In this document: piece after piece, positions 9,759-19,100 of the stretch
How positions within the stretch are numbered: position 1 is the first letter of the stretch
How the letters are laid out: the number at the start of each line of letters is the position of its first letter
NCBI GenBank assembly: GCA_002705205.1
Contig: PAHP01000007.1
Coordinates: 54,866-118,865, forward strand
Source: Flavobacteriales bacterium
GTDB lineage: Bacteria; Bacteroidota; Bacteroidia; Flavobacteriales; BACL11
Direction of reading: 5' to 3'
Length of the DNA: 64,000 nt
Position numbers and translations under genes: made by a program
The notes under the pieces: model-generated
Database searches by the model: none
Told to the model about the DNA's origin: nothing
What the model saw: the letters and a program-made list of their open reading frames with translations, nothing else

Positions 9759-10619
9759 TTAGTTATTTAAATGAGCCTCTTCAACTTGTAAGACCTCTTT
9801 TGTATTCGTATTGTAGATATATGCAATTACACTCATATTTGATGCATTCCAACCACCAGCATTTCCATTTCCATTTACAGCTTCATTTTCAGAATAATTG
9901 ATGTTGTACTGTTCTAAATCAGAGAGATTAATATTAAAACTAGTAGAAATAAGTTCATCTCTTAAAAGATTATCCGTATTAGATAATTCTCCATTATAAA
10001 TTACAGTTCTTAAAACATGATTATGCTCGTAATCTTGAATGTTTTCGCTACCATCTTGTTGCCAATTAATAATATTACTTTCTGTTAAGCAGACAAATAG
10101 CTTGTAATTATTAATAATATTATTTTCTAAAAGAATTGAGATATTTATTTTGTTGGTGTCAGCATCTATTGTAATAAGAAAGTCAATTTCCTTTTGAAGT
10201 TCAGTTGCCACTACGCTTGCCCATTCATCTTTTCCTAAGATATGGCTTTCATCTGGTATACCAATTCTATTTACCATTCCTTTCGGTAATCCTACAATGT
10301 TGTAGTTTTCATCTAATTCGTCACCCCATTCTGTTCTAAAATCATAATCGAAGGCATTACCTATAGGAGAGGGGCCGGCAAAAAAGTCATCTATATGAAT
10401 TGCCATTCCAATAATTTGATCTCCATAAATATCATGGATTGACTCTAATTCCCTGGCTGCATCTGGGCAATAGGAACATCTATGGCCAGTAAACTTTTCT
10501 ATTAAAACTTTTTTATCTGGATTTACATAAGCATCTAAATCTGTGAGGTAAGGTTTTTCTACTTTTTCACAAGCTGTGATGGTAATAATAATGCTTAATA
10601 GTGTAATGTATTTCTTCAT
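9759..10619 (-). CDS. Omp28-family outer-membrane lipoprotein with thioredoxin-like CxxC
   Basis: Lipobox ITA-C; KKVLIEKFTGHRCSYCP, AIH, LPKGMVNR, HNHVLR and EVLQV. Confidence 0.88.
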   Translation of the reverse strand: MKKYITLLSIIITITACEKVEKPYLTDLDAYVNPDKKVLIEKFTGHRCSYCPDAARELESIHDIYGDQIIGMAIHIDDFFAGPSPIGNAFDYDFRTEWGDELDENYNIVGLPKGMVNRIGIPDESHILGKDEWASVVATELQKEIDFLITIDADTNKINISILLENNIINNYKLFVCLTESNIINWQQDGSENIQDYEHNHVLRTVIYNGELSNTDNLLRDELISTSFNINLSDLEQYNINYSENEAVNGNGNAGGWNASNMSVIAYIYNTNTKEVLQVEEAHLNN

Positions 10620-10620
10620 T

Positions 10621-12282
10621 TTAAAAACTTGATGTTATGCTTAAATTAAATCCATTTGAGGAAGGAACAGTTTTACAAACTCCCCCTACACAAAAAATTC
10701 CTTCTCTTTTTTTCCCATAACCAACTTCGAATCGGTTTGCACCTTTCATAAAGCCTGCATTTATATTTACATAATGTAATTGTTTATTTACATCTTCATT
10801 ACCCCAGTTGTACATGTCTTGTATTTGGAAAAACCAATTTGGAGAGATCGTATATTCTAAAAGCCCCATACTCCAATCTCCTTCAGCTAATTTTTTAGCG
10901 CTTTCTAATTGAATAGAACCTAATCTTTGTAATTCAGTTCTAATAGAGTGCCCATTTTTAATTTTATAACTTATATCAGCAACTAATATTGTAGAGTTAA
11001 TCACTCCATAATCACCAGTTGGCTTTCCTTCTATAAAATCTTTATTATAGGTTTGATTAGCAATTATACATGTGGTTTTTATTTTTTTATTTATTTTTTT
11101 ATTTATTTCAAGATTCATGTCTTGGAAATAACGCTCTTGAGCAAAGCAAAGGGGTATTGGGGTATAATCAACCTCATCATTTAGAAAGGACTTCCCATAA
11201 TCCCCACTTAATGCATTCATTCTAGAATAATTTAGATCTAATTTTGTTCCGTATTTACCTCCTAGCATGCTTCCTTTTTTAAACTTCAAAAAAAGATCAA
11301 CTTGGATAGCAATTTCACCATCAGACTGAGTTGCATAAGGATACATTGCTAGAAGAGCATAAGAATGTGGCTTACTTAAAGTAGGAATATAGTTGATTAT
11401 ATATGCTTTCCCATTTCTGTCTCTATCAGATTTAAAAGTCATATTATCTATTCGATGTATTTCTGCTGATAGACCAAATCCTTTTTTTGAAAAAGAAATA
11501 TTATTTGTCAATGCGCTCCCAGGAGCATAATTCATTTTACTTTTATTTAAAAGATTTGCAGGATCGTTTAGTTTATATGCAAACTCGCTATAGTAGCTCC
11601 AGTTGCCACGGATTATGTTTAGCCTACTTGCGTAAGCAGCAACATTCTGAGGTATTTTAAACATGACATTTTCTCTTTTTTGGTACCTACTTATAAAACT
11701 TCCTCCAATGATGGCTTTAGTTTTTGATTTTAGATTAAAAACATCATTAATATTTAGCTCTCCGTCTGCTCCTCTAAATATTCCGTCTGCATAAGTAAAA
11801 TAAGTTCTGCTTTTGCCAATAAAGCTTTTTAAATAGATTCCTTTTAGTGGACTATATTTGACTCTTACCCCGTCCATAGCGTTGTCAATTCCTAGACCTT
11901 TCTCTTCATAACTTCTAAAAATAAGACCACTTCCTAATTGCTCATAATAATTTCCTGCAGTAACCTCTAATCCATCAATATTATATGTTGCATACATGTA
12001 TGGGATTCCATTACCCTTAAAATCTGGATCATAATCAGCTAGTGCATTTAAATAGCTTTCATATCGTATGCCTGTTGCAAAATTTCCTTTTAAGTAATTT
12101 AGGTTTAAGTAAGCATTATTAAGAATTATTTCATCAGCTGCTTTTGCTCCAATAAGCTTGTCTTCTTGATATGATTGTAAATTAAGATTGAAGTCACCAT
12201 GAACTTCTCCTAGATTTAATTCTTGTGAAAAACCTAATAATGAAATTCCTAACGTCGTAAAAAAACATAGAATCTTCTTCAT
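10621..12282 (-). CDS. DUF6029-like large outer-membrane beta-barrel protein with C-terminal Cys pair
   Basis: Signal peptide ending SQ; TAGNYYEQLGSGLIFRSYEE..LGIDNA.DG; YGKKREGIFCVGGVCKTVP; terminal strand ending in Phe (LSITSSF). Confidence 0.8.
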   Translation of the reverse strand: MKKILCFFTTLGISLLGFSQELNLGEVHGDFNLNLQSYQEDKLIGAKAADEIILNNAYLNLNYLKGNFATGIRYESYLNALADYDPDFKGNGIPYMYATYNIDGLEVTAGNYYEQLGSGLIFRSYEEKGLGIDNAMDGVRVKYSPLKGIYLKSFIGKSRTYFTYADGIFRGADGELNINDVFNLKSKTKAIIGGSFISRYQKRENVMFKIPQNVAAYASRLNIIRGNWSYYSEFAYKLNDPANLLNKSKMNYAPGSALTNNISFSKKGFGLSAEIHRIDNMTFKSDRDRNGKAYIINYIPTLSKPHSYALLAMYPYATQSDGEIAIQVDLFLKFKKGSMLGGKYGTKLDLNYSRMNALSGDYGKSFLNDEVDYTPIPLCFAQERYFQDMNLEINKKINKKIKTTCIIANQTYNKDFIEGKPTGDYGVINSTILVADISYKIKNGHSIRTELQRLGSIQLESAKKLAEGDWSMGLLEYTISPNWFFQIQDMYNWGNEDVNKQLHYVNINAGFMKGANRFEVGYGKKREGIFCVGGVCKTVPSSNGFNLSITSSF

Positions 12283-12284
12283 GC

Positions 12285-12782
12285 TTAATTAGCTATTTTT
12301 TTAATTTGTTCGTACAGTTTATTTTCATCACCATCTACATATCCTTGATGTTGCCAAACAATTTTGTTTTCCCCATTTAGTAAAAAAGTATGTGGTACTG
12401 TTGAGACACCCATAGCTCTTTTTAAGTCACTATTTGGATCTAAATAAATTTCATACTCCCAATCAGAAGCATTTACATAAGGCTTAACTCTCATCATTGA
12501 TCTTGAATCGTCAATAGAGATTGCGATGAGTTTCACTGCAGTTTCATCTTGCCAGTCTTCATATACTTCAGCAATATTATTTAGTTCTTTTTTACATGGT
12601 TTACACCAAGTTGCCCAAAAAGAAATTACAATTGGGTTTCCGTCATTTTCAATGTCTGTAATATTAAAATTACTACCGTCTAAGGTTTTAACTTCCTTAT
12701 TTGGCAAAGCTCTTTCTTGAGCAAAAATAATTGTTGTAAAAAGTGTAATAGCTAAAAAGCTAAAAAGTGTTTTCTTGTTCAT
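12285..12782 (-). CDS. TlpA/ResA-family thiol-disulfide oxidoreductase, exported
   Basis: Signal peptide ending AQ; SFWATWCKPCKKEL; cis-Pro loop VPHTF. Confidence 0.93.
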   Translation of the reverse strand: MNKKTLFSFLAITLFTTIIFAQERALPNKEVKTLDGSNFNITDIENDGNPIVISFWATWCKPCKKELNNIAEVYEDWQDETAVKLIAISIDDSRSMMRVKPYVNASDWEYEIYLDPNSDLKRAMGVSTVPHTFLLNGENKIVWQHQGYVDGDENKLYEQIKKIAN

Positions 12783-12805
12783 TTTATTCTTGTTTATTGT
12801 TGCTA

Positions 12806-12813
12806 CAAATATA
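12806..12813 (-). promoter_or_regulatory. -7 promoter box for the tlpA to ubiX operon
   Basis: TATATTTG on the minus strand, 23 nt upstream of the ATG at 12782. Confidence 0.6.
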
Positions 12814-12864
12814 ATCTAAATATTCAACCGAAAAAGATATTTAATCTCTGATTATTTGTAGAAT

Positions 12865-12894
12865 AAAAAACCCTGGCTTACTAAGCCAGGGTTT
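12865..12894 (-). terminator. Intrinsic terminator after the Omp28-CTD gene
   Basis: Inverted repeat AAACCCTGGCTTA-C-TAAGCCAGGGTTT with a T6 run on the minus strand. Confidence 0.85.
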
Positions 12895-12915
12895 AAAATG
12901 TATAATTATAGGAAC

Positions 12916-14652
12916 TTATTTAGTAACAGTGATCTTTTTAGTTTGAATACCACTCTTACTGTTAATATTTACTATATAAATACCACTAGCTAATGTTGAA
13001 ACGTTAATGGTTTCCTTAGCATCTGAAGCTAATATTAATTTTCCATAGATGTCATAAATCTCTAAAGAGTTATATGCTCCGTTTATAGTTAATATATCTT
13101 TTACAGGGTTTGGATAAATATAAAGTGTAGTATTTTCCGTATTAGAAACAGAAGATGCTACGCCATCAGCCTTAAAACTTTCTCTTACCTCACTTGTAAA
13201 TACTCCTCCTGTAATAAAAGCATTCCCGGAAGCATCAGTAACTGTAAAGCTTCCTGCCCCGTATTGTGCTGTATTCATTCCATCTCCATAACTATCTTTA
13301 ATTAGGAATGAATAGCATTCGTTTGAATTTAAATTAGCATAAACAGTTGGTTGCGGATAAGTTCCAGCAGTTCCTGTGCCTTGGTATGGTCCTCCTGAAG
13401 CAACTATATTCCCTGCATCATCTGTAAGTTCCCAAGTTGTTTCATTTCCATAAGCATCACATACAATGTCAATACTTGCTTGGCCAGCTACAATGCCAGG
13501 AGTTACTTGTCCAGCTACGTCAAATTGACTAAAACTTGTAGTAGTTTGATCATTTAATGCGTTTTGATCCATCACTCCATTTGGATTAGAAGTATTTATA
13601 TCCACAGTATTTGTTGCTTGTGGTGTGAATGCTACAGCAGGAATGGTTATGGTTTCTGTGCCTGCTGGAATTAGATTCCCTGTCCATGGGTATGTATTTG
13701 CTGCTCCACCATTGATAGAGTAATTTATATCTAAAGATGTTAAATTAGCTGATCCATAGTTTCTGAAAGTTACTTCTATATCAGTAGCGCTTGCGCAAAC
13801 TGCATCATTTGCTGAACTACTCATACAGTAAGCGTCATTTTGATTAACAAATATAATGTTTGGAGCAATCTCTATTGTGCTGCTTAGTACATTCTCATTA
13901 CCTTCTGTAACAAAAGCAACAACTCCAAGATTTGTTGCATCTAGAGCAACTCCATTAATATCTGCAGGCATAGTCCATGTATATGTTTGTGAGAAAAATG
14001 CTCCTTGTGTAATATTTGCAATTTGCTCTCCCCAGGTACCTGTCATCATATAACGCAGCATATGTTGGTGGTTATAATTTCCATTTGGGAGTACATTACT
14101 AGGATTTCCTGACATTCCAGATTGAGGGCCTTCAACATTATTTTGCACAACGGCAACATTTATTTGATTAGATGAAACTGTTTGCGATCCTGTATAATAG
14201 ACTTCTACATCTACCGTCAATACATTTGTTGCCATATCAACACTAGCTTGAGCTGCAACATTTACAGGTGATGACTGTCCTAATACAGTAGTTGCTGCTC
14301 CAGACCATTGACTCCTTCCCATATCTCCACCAACTCTATTAACTGTTCCAGAAGGATATCCTGACACACCCCAATAAGAATCGATCGCAGTTCCTTCTGT
14401 TGTTCTAAAATCAGTGCCAGCACCTTGAGGAGATGCGAATCCTCCTGCATGGATTGCTATGATTGCTACATCATTAGGATTAGCATCATGTATTTGTGAG
14501 GCAATTAAATGTCCATCAGGACAATATCCACAGCTAATTCCTGTAAACTCTTCTAGAAGTGCATTTTTATTTTCTGGTGTAGTACTTACAAAAGTTTGTG
14601 CGTTTCCTATTAAGAATGCTAATGTAAATATACAAAGTAATAGTTTTTTCAT
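12916..14652 (-). CDS. Omp28/HBP35-like thioredoxin-fold protein with Ig-like domains and T9SS type A CTD
   Basis: Signal peptide ending AQ; LLEEFTGISCGYCPDG, AIHAG, YPSGTVNR and HQHMLR; CARDB-like and DAYGNETTW/DSYGDG domains; CTD IYPNPVKD...YDIYGK...GIYIV...KKITV. Confidence 0.88.
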   Translation of the reverse strand: MKKLLLCIFTLAFLIGNAQTFVSTTPENKNALLEEFTGISCGYCPDGHLIASQIHDANPNDVAIIAIHAGGFASPQGAGTDFRTTEGTAIDSYWGVSGYPSGTVNRVGGDMGRSQWSGAATTVLGQSSPVNVAAQASVDMATNVLTVDVEVYYTGSQTVSSNQINVAVVQNNVEGPQSGMSGNPSNVLPNGNYNHQHMLRYMMTGTWGEQIANITQGAFFSQTYTWTMPADINGVALDATNLGVVAFVTEGNENVLSSTIEIAPNIIFVNQNDAYCMSSSANDAVCASATDIEVTFRNYGSANLTSLDINYSINGGAANTYPWTGNLIPAGTETITIPAVAFTPQATNTVDINTSNPNGVMDQNALNDQTTTSFSQFDVAGQVTPGIVAGQASIDIVCDAYGNETTWELTDDAGNIVASGGPYQGTGTAGTYPQPTVYANLNSNECYSFLIKDSYGDGMNTAQYGAGSFTVTDASGNAFITGGVFTSEVRESFKADGVASSVSNTENTTLYIYPNPVKDILTINGAYNSLEIYDIYGKLILASDAKETINVSTLASGIYIVNINSKSGIQTKKITVTK

Positions 14653-14678
14653 CTCTTAAATTATTTATTGTTAGTCTG

Positions 14679-14686
14679 CAAATATA
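14679..14686 (-). promoter_or_regulatory. -7 promoter box (leftward member of a divergent pair)
   Basis: TATATTTG on the minus strand upstream of 14652. Confidence 0.6.
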
Positions 14687-14767
14687 TATAAAATATTCCT
14701 AATTCTGTTTGGTATTGATCACTTGATTTTCACTTTGATTTTTTTAATCTACGCGAAGAAATTTTTA

Positions 14768-14775
14768 TATATTTG
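14768..14775 (+). promoter_or_regulatory. -7 promoter box (rightward member of a divergent pair)
   Basis: TATATTTG 22 nt upstream of the ATG at 14798. Confidence 0.6.
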
Positions 14776-14797
14776 CAGAAACAATTATATTATTACT

Positions 14798-15490
14798 ATG
14801 AAAAATTGTATTGCCTTTTTATTTATTATTTCCCAAGTTTTTATTATGCATGCGCAAAGTTTAGTTGTTACAGGTGATGCTGTTGTTTATGGAGATCCAT
14901 CGATAGACATAGCATCTTATTTAACAGTTAAAAATGTTTCTAGTCAATCATTGAATGTTATTTGTGAGAAGAATATAATTAGTCAACCACAAGGAGGTGC
15001 GAATTATTTTTGTTGGGGAGGGACTTGCTATGGCACTGCTACAATTATTTCGCCAGATTTCACAACAATTGACGCAGGTCAGGCATCAACAGAATTTGCA
15101 GGTCATTTTAATGCAATCAGTGGGCCTGCAAATTGTACAGCTACAGTAGAATATTGTTTTTATCCTGATACCGACAATTCAGATGCAAGTTGTATTACTG
15201 TAACTTATGATGGTAGTGGAGCTACATCTACAACTATAAAAGAAGGCGCTATTGTAATGTCTGAATTTTATCCTAATCCTTCAAGCGGGTATACCAATAT
15301 TAATTACAGTTCAGCAAAGAACTTAGATCTTAATATTATTGATATCTTAGGAAATAAGGTTAAAAACGTGCACTTAAATAATCAAGGGTCACACAAAATA
15401 TATATAGGAGATTTAAGTAAAGGAGTATACTTTGGGAATTTAATGTATCATGATAAAGTAATTTCAATTAAAAAATTAATAGTTAAGTAA
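14798..15490 (+). CDS. Small Cys-rich beta-sandwich protein with T9SS type A CTD
   Basis: Signal peptide ending HAQ; short beta-rich domain with NYFCWGGTCY and four more Cys; CTD FYPNPS...IDILG...LSKGVYF...KKLIVK. ATG at 14798 preferred over TTG at 14723. Confidence 0.85.
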   Translation: MKNCIAFLFIISQVFIMHAQSLVVTGDAVVYGDPSIDIASYLTVKNVSSQSLNVICEKNIISQPQGGANYFCWGGTCYGTATIISPDFTTIDAGQASTEFAGHFNAISGPANCTATVEYCFYPDTDNSDASCITVTYDGSGATSTTIKEGAIVMSEFYPNPSSGYTNINYSSAKNLDLNIIDILGNKVKNVHLNNQGSHKIYIGDLSKGVYFGNLMYHDKVISIKKLIVK

Positions 15491-15511
15491 AAGTATTTGC
15501 TTTATAATTAC

Positions 15512-15546
15512 AAGCCTTGCTATTATCGCAGGGCTTTTCTTTTTTA
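15512..15546 (+). terminator. Intrinsic terminator
   Basis: AAGCCTTGC-loop-GCAGGGCTT followed by a T-rich tail. Confidence 0.75.
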
Positions 15547-15606
15547 TGATGCTAGATAAAATCAAAACATTAAATTTGCTGTCAATCCATTAATGATATT
15601 TGTTAA

Positions 15607-16191
15607 ATGATAACACACGTACACGGGAAATTAATAGAAAAAACACCAACACATGTTGTAGTTGATGTTAATGGGATCGGTTATAAAATAAAAATTTCAT
15701 TACAAACTTTTGCTTCAATTGATGGGGAGTTCTGTAAGTTATTCACCCATTTATCTGTAAAAGAGGATTCACACACTTTATTTGGCTTTTTTGAAGAAAG
15801 TGAACGCCATTTATTTAGGAATTTGATTTCAGTATCTGGGGTAGGGCCAAGTACTGCACAAATAATTTTATCCACATACTCTCCAGAAGAAATAATTAAT
15901 CATATTACTAGTGCAGATGTAGCTGCGGTGCAAAGTGTAAAAGGTATTGGGGCTAAAACAGCTCAAAGAATAATTATTGATCTAAAAGATAAGTTAGTAA
16001 AAGGAATGCCTAATTCTGATTTATTGTTTGACAAAATAGACAATACAATTAAAGAAGAAGCGTTATCTGCATTACTAGCTTTAGGTTTTGCTAAGAAAGG
16101 TGCTGAAAGTAAGATTGAAAAAGTACTTAAGTCAAACCCTGATATTTCTAGTGTTGAGGAATTAGTTAAAACTGCTCTGAGCCAGATGTAA
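15607..16191 (+). CDS. ruvA: Holliday junction DNA-binding protein RuvA
   Basis: VDVNGIGY, LFGF, LISVSGVGP, VKGIGAKTAQRIIIDLKDK and ALLALGF. Confidence 0.96.
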   Translation: MITHVHGKLIEKTPTHVVVDVNGIGYKIKISLQTFASIDGEFCKLFTHLSVKEDSHTLFGFFEESERHLFRNLISVSGVGPSTAQIILSTYSPEEIINHITSADVAAVQSVKGIGAKTAQRIIIDLKDKLVKGMPNSDLLFDKIDNTIKEEALSALLALGFAKKGAESKIEKVLKSNPDISSVEELVKTALSQM

Positions 16192-16198
16192 CTACTTA

Positions 16199-19100
16199 TT
16201 GAAATTGAAGAAATCGAGTTATTATAATATATTATTCTTTTTTTGTACACTATTTTTTAGTGTAAATATTTTAGGTCAATCTACTTCTGATTCAACGCTC
16301 GTATTTCCATTTTCTAACTCTCAAACAGGAGGGATGTTTATGAATACCCCTCCTAATATTAATTCAATAGTAGTATTCGATCCATTAACAAATACTTATT
16401 TAGTTCAAGATAAGATTGGGACGCTTAGTTATGGGGAGCCAAAAATCATGAGTTTTTCTGATTATCAAAGGTATTCTCAAAATAAAATAGTAAATGACTA
16501 TTGGAATTTACGTTCAAAGCAAAGAGCTGGAAGACAAACATCAGCACTTGGGTTACCAAAACTATTTATACCAGGCAAATCATTTGACAGGGTATTTGGT
16601 GGAAATGCAGTAGATATTAGACCGCAAGGTTCTGCTGAATTAATTTTTGGACTTAAAATCAATAAAATTGATAATCCATCTTTACCTGAAGAGCAAAGAA
16701 GAACAACTTCTTTTGATTTTCAAGAAAAAATACAAATGAATGTTGTTGGGAAGATAGGTGATAAATTAAAAGTAACAGCTAATTTTAATACAGAGACTAC
16801 TTTTGATTTTGAAAATCAGATGAAAGTTGAGTATACTGGCTATGAGGATGAAATAATAAAAAAAATTGAGATTGGGAACGTAAGTCTTCCGCTTAATGGA
16901 ACATTGATTACGGGGAGTCAATCTTTATTTGGACTAAAAACACAACTTCAATTTGGGCGTACAACTATTACAGGTATCTTATCTCAGCAAAAAAGCACAA
17001 AATCTGAAATAGAAGTTAGTGGTGGCGCGCAAACCTCAGAGTTTGATGTTTATGCTGATCAGTATGAGGCTAATAAACACTTTTTCCTTGCTCATTATTT
17101 TAAAGATCAGTATGATGAAGCGCTATCAAAACTTCCTTTTATTAATTCTGTAGTGAATATTACTAAGATTGAAGTTTGGGTAACTAATAAAATAGGTACG
17201 ACAAATGACACAAGAAATATTGTTGCTTTTTTAGATCTAGCAGAGACCTCTTCATATTATAATAACTCTACTGGTGAGGGGAATATTTTTAATGACAATG
17301 AGGTTCAAATAAATAATTTTGATCCTAATGCGCCTCCTGATAACAATTCAGCAAATAATTTATTTAACAAGCTAACTACAACTTACTCAGATATTAGAAA
17401 TATTAATGAAGTAAATAGTGCTCTACAATCAACTTCTTTATCAAATGGTACAGATTTTGAAAAACTTGAAAGAGCAAGAAAACTGTCAGAGTCTGAATTT
17501 GCATTTAACAGTCAGTTAGGTTATATTTCTTTAAATCAAGCCTTGAATAATGATGAAGTTCTAGCAGTTGCTTTTCAATACACAATAGGAGGTGAGACTT
17601 TTCAGGTTGGTGAATTCAGTTCAACAGGACCTACGGCCCCAGACGCACTAATTTTAAAACTATTAAAGGGGACAAACTTTAGCCCATCATTACCAAATTG
17701 GGACCTTATGATGAAGAATATATATGCAATTGGAGCTTATCAAATGAGTAGAGATGGCTTTGTTCTGGATGTAGTATATGAAAATACGGAAGAGTCTGGA
17801 GTATTGACAAATTATTTAACTGAACCTACGGAACAACTTATTAATGGGGTCCCATTAATCCATTTGTTAAATCTGGATGAGTTAAATCAGCAAATGGATA
17901 TTCAGAAAAATGGAGATGGTATATTTGATTTTATTGAAGGAATTACTGCAAAATCATCTAATGGAAGAATAATTTTCCCTGTAAGAGAGCCATTTGGAAA
18001 CTATTTAGCTAATAAGTTTAGTAATTCAATAATTGCAGATAAATACTCCTATCAGATTCTGTATGATTCTACTCTAACTGTTGCTCAGCAATTCCCGGAG
18101 AAAAATAGATTTCGTTTAAAAGGAACTTACGAATCATCTTCAGGAGCAGAAATTAGATTAAATGCAATGAATGTCCCTGAAGGATCTGTAACTGTTACGG
18201 CAGGCTCTCAAAAGCTAGTTGAGAATCAGGATTACACTGTAGATTATATGCTTGGACGTGTGACTATTATTAATGAAGGTATTTTAAGTTCAGGTGTTCC
18301 TATTAAGATAGCTTTAGAGAATAATTCAATGTTTGGTATTCAAAATAAAACATTGGTAGGTATTCATGCTGATTATGAGATAAATAAAGATTTTTTAATA
18401 GGAGCCACGATGTTAAGATTAACAGAGAGACCTTATACGCAAAAGATTAATGCTGGTGAAGAACCTATATCAAATACTATTTGGGGTTTAGATGCAAACT
18501 ATCAAACTGAACTTCCTTGGTTAACAACAGCTATTGATAAATTGCCTTTCATTGAGACTAAAGCAAAATCAAGATTTATTGCTACTGGTGAATTTGCATA
18601 TCTTGTTCCTGGACACCATAAAGCCGTTGGAAAGAACGGGGTATCTTATATTGATGATTTTGAAGCAAGTAGAACAACAATCAATATGAAGAATATGGGG
18701 GCTTGGAAGTTATCAAGTATTCCTATTGGAGAAGCGCAAGATGATATATTTAAGATTTCTGATGAGTTCTTAGAAGAAGAGAATAAGAATTTAAAATATG
18801 GAGCGCGAAGAGCAAAGTTGGCTTGGTATACAATTGACCCATTATTTTTTAGGAGTACTTCTATTACCCCTCCAAATATTGATAATACGATTACCTTGCC
18901 AAGTGGAAACACTATAAAACAACAATCTTACCATTACTCAAGGGAGGTATTAGAAAATGAGGTATTCCCAAATAAAGATCCAGAGATGGGAAGTCAGATT
19001 ACAAATCTTTCTGTTCTAGATCTTGTGTATTATCCTGATCAGAGAGGACCTTATAATTATACAATTAATGGAATAGGTGTTGATGGGAAGTTAAATAAGC

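Noticed and set aside
9759..15490. Possible selenocysteine (in-frame TGA) in the redox motifs
   Set aside because: All CxxC and CxGGxC motifs are encoded with Cys codons in uninterrupted ORFs.
6350..16191. ruvA and ruvB separated by about 8 kb, as if an insertion split a ruvAB operon
   Set aside because: The order is ruvB then ruvA, and these genes are commonly unlinked in Bacteroidota, with ruvA beside sprA. No insertion scars are visible.
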